This document shows positions 23,836-33,020 of a stretch of 64,000 nucleotides of DNA, piece by piece. This stretch comes from Macrostomum hystrix. Taxonomy: Eukaryota; Animalia; Platyhelminthes. The DNA is taken from positions 8,432,001 to 8,496,000 of the forward strand of contig CATNEN010000002.1 in NCBI GenBank assembly GCA_950097015.1. Reading direction: 5' to 3'. A model generated the notes under the pieces. It was given only the letters and a program-made list of their open reading frames with translations. It was not told where the DNA came from and ran no database searches. Numbering within the stretch: the first letter of the stretch is position 1; every line of letters begins with the position of its first letter. Position numbers and translations under genes: made by a program.

Positions 23836-26800
23836 ATGTCCGCCACCTGCTGCCTCGCTGGCGGCGCCGCAGATGCTGAGGCGGCAGTCGCCGCCCGCGT
23901 CAATCGCGAGATCGAGCGACAGGCCAGGGCCGACTTCAAGCTCAGCCAGAAGATCATCCAGCTGCTGCTACTGGGTGAGTTTTTCCTGCATTCCCCTTGG
24001 CCCATCTTCCCTACCCCACCTTCCCAGCCTTCCTCTTCCTCGCCCTACCTTCCTCTTCCCCTCCTTCCTCTTCCTTTCCTTCCTCTTTTCTTCCCTCCTC
24101 TTCCCCTTCTTCCTCTTCCCCTCCTTCTTCTTCCCTTTATCCTCTTCCGCTCCTTCCTCTTCCCTTTATCCTCTTCCCCTCCTTCCTCTGCCCCGCCTTC
24201 CTCTTCCCCGCCTTCCTCTTCTCTTCCTTCCTCTTCCCCTCCTTCCTCTTCCCCTCCTTCCTCTTCCCCGCCTTCCTCTTCCCCGCCTTCCTCTTCTCTT
24301 CCTTCCTCTTCCTTTCCTTCCTCTTCCTTTCCTTCCTCTTCCCCTCCTTCCTCTTCCCCTCCTTCCTCTTCCCCGCCTTCCTCTTCTCTTCCTTCCTCTT
24401 CCCCGCCTTCCTCTTCTCTTCCTTCCTCTTCCTTTCCTTCCTCTTCCCCGCCTTCCTCTTCCCCGCCTTCCTCTTCTCTTCCTTCCTCCTCCTTTCCTTC
24501 CTCTTCCTTTCCTTCCTCTTCCCCTCCTTCCTCTTCCCCTCCTTCCTCTTCCCCGCCTTCCTCTTCTCTTCCTTCCTCTTCCTTTCCTTCCTCTTCCCCG
24601 CCTTCCTCTTCCCCGCCTTCCTCTTCTCTTCCTTCCTCTTCCTTTCCTTCCTCTTCCCCGCCTTCCTCTTCCCCGCCTTCCTCTTCTCTTCCTTCCTCTT
24701 CCCTACCTTTTTCTTCATCACCTTCCTGTTCCCTTCCCCACCTTCCCTGACATTTCGAGTAATCACAATGAGACAAAGCTGAGGTCTCCGCCAGTGATAA
24801 TTAAATATTCTGTATCTGTGCCAGGTGAGAGGCAGGCAGGTGAGAACAAGGAAACAAGCTGCAGCCCTCAATTCAATGGCTTGGCGCACTGGTTAGCAAC
24901 TGCGAGGCAATTCTGACAGGAATATTTGCTACAACACCGCCATTTTGCCCACTAATTAACTCTGCTCCCCCTCAAACCGAACCACTGTACTGCAGCTGCC
25001 ATTGCTGGACTGATTAACCGTGGACAAGACGACTGGGTGGCTTGCTCATTGCTGCGAGTCATGGCCATCATGGGATAAGCTAGCCCAAGCCTTAGCTACC
25101 CAAATCCTTAGCTACCCAAGAGACTTAGCTACTCCAGAATCTTAGCTACCCCAGAACCATGGCTACCCCAATCCTTAGCTACCCCAGGACCTTAGCTATC
25201 CCAATCCTTAGCTACCCCAGGACCTTAGCTATCCCAATCCTTAGCTACCCCAGAACCTTAGCTATCCCAATCCTTAGCTACCCCAGAACCTTAGCTATCC
25301 CAATCCTTAGCTACCCCAGAACCTTAGCTATCCCAATCCTTAGCTACCCAGAACCTTAGCTACACCTTAATTAGCTACCCAATCATTAGCTACCCCAGAA
25401 CCTTAGCTATCCCAATCCTTAGCTACCCCAGAACCTTAGCTATCCCAATCCTTAGCTACCCCAGAACCTTAGCTATCCAAATCCTTAGCTACCCCAGGAC
25501 CTTAGCTACCCAATCATTAGCTACCCCAGAACCTTAGCTATCCCAATCCTTAGCTACCCCAGAACCTTAGCTATCCCAATCCTTAGCTATCCCAGAACCT
25601 TAGCTATCCAAATCCTTAGCTACCCCAGAACCTTAGCTATCCCAATCCTTAGCTACCCAGAACCTTAGCTACACCTTAATTAGCTACCCAATCATTAGCT
25701 ACCCCAGAACCTTAGCTAGCCCAATCCTAGCTCCCCAATCCTTAGCTACCCCAATCCTAGCTACCCCAATCCTTAGCTACACCTTAATTAGCTACCCAAT
25801 CATTAGCTACCCCAGAACTTTATAGCTACACCTTAATTAGCTACCCAATCATTAGCTACCCCAGAACTTTATAGCTACACCTTAATTAGCTACCCAATCA
25901 TTAGCTACCCCAGAACTTTATAGCTACACCTTAATTAGCTACCAAGCTTCAGCCACGCCCTAGTCTCTTAGTTTCCTGAGCTCCGGCAAACATTTAGCCA
26001 CTGACAAAGCATTAGCTACCTCGGCATCCATAGCTACTCGAAAAGCGACCCGTTTGTCCAAGCCAATATTTAGTGAGGCTCCAGCAACACTCAGCTTTGA
26101 ATCCAATGTTAGAAACAAATTCAGATAATAAATTCAATTTATTGGCCGAGCCGCTGTTCATTTCTAACAAAAATGCCGGCTGTCCTGAACGGCCTTCGCG
26201 GGTTGCTGATTTGATCACCGGGTTAAAAACACAGCCCGCTAGGAAATATTGACAGCCAGTTAATCCCCAGCTATTCCCAGATGAGTGAGGAACCGCCCCT
26301 CTCTCCGTATCGGCCAGTCAGTCTCCCAGTTCCCAAATGTGTCGCCGCCTTTCGTATCCCGGGAAATTACGACGTCAATTGCCCGACGCATTTCGCATAA
26401 TAAGAGGCCGGCGGCCGCCATCCCCCGCCTGTGAATGAAAAATATGCCGCCCAGACCTACGGCTTTCACATCCGCATTGAGAACTCACAGACCAACAAGA
26501 GCTGGGGATTATTGGATTGCCGGCACATCAGACTGAGTCATGTAATTCTCTAGTTCTTCTTGTGCTAATTGCAAATTGCAGATTTCATCAGAAAAAAATT
26601 GGGAATTTTAACTAAACTAAGTTTTTCTGTTTTTTTGTGGGGTTTCTAATCTTGGGCATTTGAGATTTGTTATTTTAGATATTTGGGATTTCCAATTTTT
26701 TATATTTGGGATTTCCAATCTTTGATGTTTGGGATTTTTAATTTTTTATGCTTGGGATTTCTAATATTTGTTGTTTGGGATTTCTAATTTTTTATGTTTG

Positions 26801-29800
26801 GGATTTCTAATCTAATTAGATGATTGCTAATCGAGTTAGGATATTTCTATATTTACCTTTCATGGAATCGTACAAAACGTCGCTAACCATGATTCCGACC
26901 ATGAAAAGTGCAGCCAAAGCATTTTCCTCTTACAATTTCTGGAAAAAGCACTGCAGTATCAACGCCTAATCTGCCGTCCTAGCATTAGGAATTCAGCTCT
27001 ATAATCTAGGATTAGCGAGGCCGGTTAGAGCATTGCGTGGCGCAGGTTCAGTCTTGAACTGTGGATCGCAGCCCAGATGTGCAAACCATGGGTGGCTTTG
27101 AAACGCGCGTGTTAATCATCATTTTACAAACTACCCTAGTAGGAGTAGATGTGCTGATGAAGTTTTCAAAGGTTTCGCATCTACACTTTGTCGGACTTTC
27201 TGAACACAATCAGCCAGCAGACTTTGCTGACTCAGGTGCTTCTGAGCCTGATTCCCCGTCCAGATGCATTAGGGGAAAACTGCGCCACATTGACCTGACA
27301 CCACGAATTATACCAAGTATGGCTGTGGATGCTTCGAAATCAGGCAATTTTCTGCTGTCTTTGGAGACAGCGAACAGCGAAATTTCCTGTGCTGAAAACT
27401 CTGCGCATTTATTTCCTAGCAACAATTGGGCAACTATCGACTGAAATAATTTGATTTCACAGGTACTGGCGAGTCGGGAAAATCCACCATCAGAAAGCAG
27501 ATGCAAATTATTCACATCAATGGTTTCAGTGGCAAGTAAGTGTCCCTGAGAACAGGATAAACACTGCACTGTAGACAGCCCTTGAACATTGTTCTCAATT
27601 GTTGCAGAGAGCGCATGGAACTATTGCCCTACATGAGAAGAAATATTCGCGACTCAATTGCGGTAAGAAGCAAATTTGTTTTAATTTTGTCTCTTTCGAC
27701 CAATCAGAAACGAGCAACAAAGATGGGGCTAGAAAATGAAGTGAGGTGGGTGTGCGCGTCAACTGCACGAGCCAATGGGAGAGTAGAGAGAGTTATGGCG
27801 AGGCCCTCCATTATCTGCTCTCTGTCGACCGAAAACCTGCAACAAATTCACTGGTCTGTGACCTTGACCTGACGAACCAACTAAATGAAAAATCAGGAAT
27901 AAATTTGTTGGCAGCCCAGCTTGTCCTGTCTGACAGTCGCATTAATTCTGTTATTTGATTTTTCTGCTGACACTGGGCAGCTGTCTGTGGCATTCCTGCT
28001 CGAGTCCGGATCTGTGCATGCTAATCAGTGGACTCAAGACTCAGACTCAGCGACAAAGCGTTACTGTTAGCAGTTTGATTGATGACTGCCACTGCGAAAG
28101 AAATTCTACTAATGGCATAGAAATGCCTCACCGGGATAGCAATGCTCTCACGATCTTATTTTAGTACAATCTGAAACCCATTTATGCATATAGTTTTTAT
28201 ATATCAGCGTACTTTTTTGAGTGGTCGGGAGTTCTAATCCCACTGTATCTCATTGTAATAACTTCGACAGTTTATTGCAAGGGAAACAAAAACTCCTCGC
28301 CAGATTGCGTGCCGCAAGTTTAAAACACATCCTTGTTTGGATTGTATTGACATACGTATCGGTGAATGGCTAGTCTGTAACAGTTTCGCGAATAGTTATA
28401 ATAATATAAAAATGATTACACCTGCCCAAATCGATAATACAGCCGCAGCCATTGCGTGGCACATCTGAAGGCAGTGTATCATTGACTGGGGAGATGGAGG
28501 GCTGCGGGCAGTGGCACATTATTTGGTGACTCTAGACAGGCAGCCAGCGAGGAGGCAATTCTGCCCATTTCGCTGACTCCTGAGCACACACGTACACAGA
28601 TACCGTACGTAAGCACAAGCTCACACAGGTGTGTACATCTGCCCTGACTTCCTCGTCGTCAGGCAGTGTACACTGTCATTTTGCCTTTGAGGTTGGCCCT
28701 CAAAAATTGCATGGCAAGCCCCAAACGAAGGTGGCCTCGCCGCGGAATCGACCTTGGTGCAAAAAGTAAGCGCGGTATCTGCTCTGCCACTGCCCCCTGG
28801 GGGACGCCACACCCACCCTAACTACCCCAGCCACTGCCCCCTTGGGGACGCCACACCCACCCTTAACTACCCCAGCCACTGCCCCCCTGGGGGACGCCAC
28901 ACCCACCCTTAACTACCCCAGCCACTGCCCCCCTGGGGGACGCCACACCCACCCTAACTACCCCAGCCACTGCCCCCTGGGGGACGCCACACCCACCCTA
29001 ACTACCCCAGCCACTGCCCCCCTGGGGGACGCCACACCCACCCTTAACTACCCCAGCTACTGCCGGTACCTATTTAACATCTTGGTGACCTGAAGAACTT
29101 AATTGTCTTCCTAAAGGACACGAATTGTTCGATTGGAGTTTGGAATCGAACCCCCGACCTTTAAGTCGTGAGTCCGACGCTCAAACCACTAGGCTGCAAC
29201 CCCCTTAGTTGTCTATGAGCATAGTCAATACAATTATCCCCTGGCGTTGCCCACTCAACTCTCGGCCTGGCCAGTGCGTCATCGCCGGCATGCAGAAGTT
29301 GTCTCTGGACTTCGACAGCGCCGAGAACGCCAGGCTGGGCCAGTGGCTGCTGGAGCTGATGGCGCGGAACCAGGCGCACAACTGCCTGCCCGCCGATCGC
29401 GACCCGTTCGACTACTCGCCCGAGTTCTTCGCCGTAGTTGAGACGCTCTGGTCCGACTCCGGCGTGCAGCTGAGCTACCGGAACTCGAGCAGCTATCAGC
29501 TGATCGACTGCGCCAAGTAGTGAGCGTTGCGCCATTGCTTGGGGCTCGCGAGCATCTGGGGGAGACAATGGGCTATATTTCATCACCGCTATAAACTATA
29601 AACTGATGTTTCTTGGAGGGACAAATTGGGATTGTTTCACTTAGCTACAAGGCCATTGTTAACCCACATTCATTTAGTGATAGTCGGACAATCAATTCTG
29701 CCCATTCCGCTGACTCCACACACGCACCCAGACACTGTGCGATGGCACACACTCGTGTGGACATCTGCCCTGACTTTTTCATCGTCAGACACTGTACTGC

Positions 29801-31582
29801 ACTCTCTTTGACTTGACTTAGCTGCAGGGTGGTCCATGGACGCAGCGGGGAGGCGAGGATCGCCCATAACGCTAACCCCTGTAGGCCCGCAGACAGGCGA
29901 GGGCGCGGGGCCGGTCAGGGTGGTCCGCCGGTCCGTCCTGCAGCGTTGTCTTCCGTAGGGAAGAACGTGGCTCGTCTTGTTGCCCGGAGGAACTGGACGA
30001 GCCGTGGACGAGCCGTGGAATGCTGTCGGGCTGGCAGATCTCGTCCATAGACGGGTTAGGCCCGAGGTAGCGTAGCCGGTCTCCTACTGCACTCTCACTG
30101 TGCATTGGTGGTTGGCCTGAAAAAAACACTGCGGATTCGAGCTGAAAAAACTCTCCCAGTAGATCGGTGCTAATCAGCGGATTAGCTGGAAAACATTTTC
30201 AATGCCAGACTCCGCACTTAACCCACAGCTTCCTAGACCGGGTCCGACAGTTCAGCGACCCCGAGTACACCCCGACTGACCAGGACATCCTGCGATGTCG
30301 CGTGATGACTAACGACATCTCCGACATCAATTTCGACATCAAGGACGGTGGCCACACTGTCAAGTTCAGGTGAGTGGCTCGCACCTGTCTAACATTATTC
30401 CATTCCTACTGCAAGGAATCGGTGCTGACTAGCGAACAAGAATTCTATAGGGCATCTTTCTGACCTTTCAGAGTGTTCGACGTGGGTGGCCAGCGAGGCG
30501 AGCGTCGCAAGTGGATCCAGTGCTTCAACAATGTGACCGCCATTCTCTACCTGTGTGACGTGAGCAGCTTCGATCAAACGCTGAAGGAAGACGTCGACTC
30601 GCCCGTGCCGAAGAACCGCCTGCTGGAGTCGCTGGACACCTTCCAGGAGGTTTGGCTGAATCGCTACCTGCAGGACGTGTCCATCCTGCTGTTCATCAAC
30701 AAGATCGACCAGCTGGAGGAGAAGGTGCGCGCTGGCAGGTCGCCGAAGGCTCTGATCAGCCATTGCCTCCAGGCCGATGCCGCGGCTTTGGCCACCGACT
30801 GCGACGCTTGCGACGGAGGCGTCGAAAATGACAAAAAGAAGAAGTCTTGTCTCGGCCCCATAAACCTGCGACGCTTCATATGCAGCTTCTGCTTGGACGC
30901 CTTCCAGCCACCAGGTGGGAAGTCGGAGATGTTGTCATTGAATTCCTGCACCGCTTCACCGTTCCTTCCTTTTTACGCCATAGAAACTGACAGGAGAGAT
31001 TTTCTCGCGGCATTTCCCCAGCTGGACGCTTCGGCAACCGACGATGAGCCGCCAGCCGTGCACCCGGACACGGTTAAGTTCGCCTGCTACGTGCAGCGAA
31101 TCTTCCAGGTAATTTTGATGATATGACATCGGCTAGTTCAAGCAACTCTTGATGGACTCATCAGTCCTTCACTAGTCACTACACTGTCTCATCACCTCTA
31201 AACTGTCTCATTATCTCTTAACGTCTCATCTCCCTTGTGTCTCATCTCTCCCATGACTCATCTCTCCACTGTCTCTCTCATGCAGTAGACAGTATAGACT
31301 TAGATGGTTCAATCTTGCACTCTGTCTTGCCTTCGCCCTGCCATTCGTCAGCATGCATTGCATAAGATAAGTCGTGTATAGAACGTCTGCGATGTCTCTG
31401 CCCTCTCCAATCAGGAAATCGCATCTCGCAAGCGCCGCTCTGAGTACAAGTTTGAGTACCACTACCACGCCTGCTACAGCTACTTCACCTGCGCGGTGAA
31501 CACCGACAATGTCAAGAAGGTGCTGGAGGGCTGTCGCCGATTCATCATCGATAAACACCTCGAGAGATTTGGCATTCTCTGA
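23836..31582 (+). CDS. Heterotrimeric G-protein alpha subunit, divergent Gs-like
   Basis: Exons 23836-23974, 27463-27535, 27608-27662, 29275-29519, 30229-30369, 30472-30914, 30984-31108 (the 69-nt intron 30915-30983 is in frame and optional) and 31415-31582. Motifs [57 protein letters not shown]; C-terminus HLERFGIL. Confidence 0.92.
24020..24715. repeat. 15-bp pure-pyrimidine minisatellite (CCTTCCTCTTCCCCT), about 45 copies, G-alpha intron 1
   Basis: About 700 bp almost exclusively C/T, starting about 45 bp after the exon 1 donor. Confidence 0.95.
25080..25945. repeat. 16/17-bp alternating minisatellite (33-bp dimer CCTTAGCTATCCCAATCCTTAGCTACCCCAGAA)
   Basis: Tandem dimeric units that shift to a longer variant unit toward 25800-25945. 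Confidence 0.95.
26640..26815. repeat. Degenerate TTGGGATTTCTAAT-type tandem repeat
   Basis: About 7 decayed units in G-alpha intron 1. Confidence 0.7.
28467..28680 (+). mobile_element. About 210-bp dispersed repeat, copy 1
   Basis: GAAGGCAGTGTATCATTGACTGGGGAGATGGAG...GAGGAGGCAATTCTGCCCATTTCGCTGACTCCTGAGCACAC...ACATCTGCCCTGACTT...GCAGTGTACACT is shared with 34418-34630 and, in part, 29693-29812. Confidence 0.75.
28790..29060. repeat. About 45-bp GC-rich minisatellite, 6 copies
   Basis: Unit CTGCCCCCCTGGGGGACGCCACACCCACCCTTAACTACCCCAGCCA, in G-alpha intron 3. Confidence 0.95.
29130..29204 (-). mobile_element. tRNA-like SINE head / tRNA pseudogene, same family as 771-870
   Basis: The reverse complement GGGGTTGCAGCCTAGTGGTTTGAGCGTCGGACTCACGACTTAAAGGTCGGGGGTTCGATTCC has A and B boxes; the anticodon stem pairs poorly. 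Confidence 0.65.
29693..29812 (+). mobile_element. Partial diverged copy of the about 210-bp dispersed repeat
   Basis: AATTCTGCCCATTCCGCTGACTCC...ACATCTGCCCTGACTTTTTCATCGTCAG, in G-alpha intron 4. Confidence 0.65.
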
Positions 31583-33020
31583 AAATTTTGCACTTTCAAA
31601 TTGGCGCCAAACATAGTGAAATTAGTAATTTCGTGTGCGCTCACTCCGTCAGCCGTGCAGCCACAAGGGCAAAGTTAGTGCAAAATCAGCTAGCGGTGTT
31701 TTTAATTATTGCAACAGGTTTTTATTCTCGCTTCTGACTAATCATTCCCTATTCATGCATCATTCAATGCTTGCGCACAATTACTGTATCCCTGTCCTTA
31801 ATCAATTTATCAATCGATTGTTGCCGTGAATAGCAGAATATTAAAATATTTGTTTCAATTAACAAAAACTGTCACACTTACTTTTCCATTGAATTCATTG
31901 CTCTATTAACATTTGACTTATTTTTTTTCTGACCAAAATAGCTTTCTTTACTACTGGTATCTCACGTTGCTTAATTGCTTTTTCTGTCGCGGCTGTCAGC
32001 AATGAGTAATCCGATGCAACAATTGAGGGCGTAAGGCATCGCTTTGTCACAAAATATGACAATAATTTAAGCTTTTATTGCTCGATTTAAGCCAGCATAT
32101 TACTCGTAAATTTAGCAACTAAAGTTTTTAGTTCAATTTAATTGAATAATACGGGCCGCGACTGAGAAGTGAGTCCTGCGTCTCCACAGTTAGAGACGAT
32201 TATCAGTTTATCACACTAAATCTGCGTTTTAATCAATTTTTAAAGGTAAACTATGCATTAACAGAGCTCCCAAACCGAATGACCGATTTTCGTGAAAGTA
32301 CAGAAGAAAATGAAGCAAAATTTTACGCCCGTACATGATGAAACCTTTTGTTACGTGGCTTTTGTCACCGGAAACCACGACGACAATCGTTGAATATCTC
32401 GACGATGCCGATGCTTTGTGATTCTGGAAGTTGTTTCATCGGGTAGAGTGGAAAATCCAGGCCCGTGGTCTGGATTTTTATGGCGATTGGTTGAATATTT
32501 TCGTAGATCAGAAAAAAAGAAAAATTTGAGTATTTGAAACCCCCCCGTGATCTTTCTGCTGTTAACAAATACCATTCACCATTGGCAGTCTAGTTAAAAT
32601 GAGATGTAGACTAGCTGAGATAGAATGTACGCATCTCAGGCAGTGTACACTTCTTATCGTAGGGGAGGGTAGGACTGTATGTACACTGTCCCAGGCCCAG
32701 CCCCGCGCCCACCACCCCCATGTGCCGCGAAGCATAGACATCCCCCGCTTGAAAGCTCTCTCGTCCCTCGTGCCTCGTCCTTTCTTTCTCTCTCCGTTCC
32801 AACTCTCTAGCCCGAGACTTCGCCCGCGGCAACGTTTCTATGGCAACCGTGTGTGAGGCAGAAAGCTTACAATGTACGCCTACGACTGCTGAGCAGCCTT
32901 GCGCGCACAAAAAGAGACAGGCGTTCGGACTTAAAATAAGGTGGTCCTCGAATATTTTCTCAAAACTAGAAGGTGGCCAAAAGCAGCAGAGTAGTTTTGT
33001 TGAAAGGAGATTTATCGCAG

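Noticed and set aside
23792-24916. Long Pro/Ser/Leu or Glu/Lys-rich ORFs in several frames
   Set aside because: Artefacts of the 15-bp pyrimidine array; only 23836-23974 is a real exon.
27061-27569. Overlapping 127-aa (+) and 119-aa (-) ORFs in G-alpha intron 1
   Set aside because: No recognisable domain; partly antisense to true exon 2.
29130-29204. Functional tRNA gene
   Set aside because: The anticodon stem pairs poorly and the sequence matches the SINE head at 771-870.
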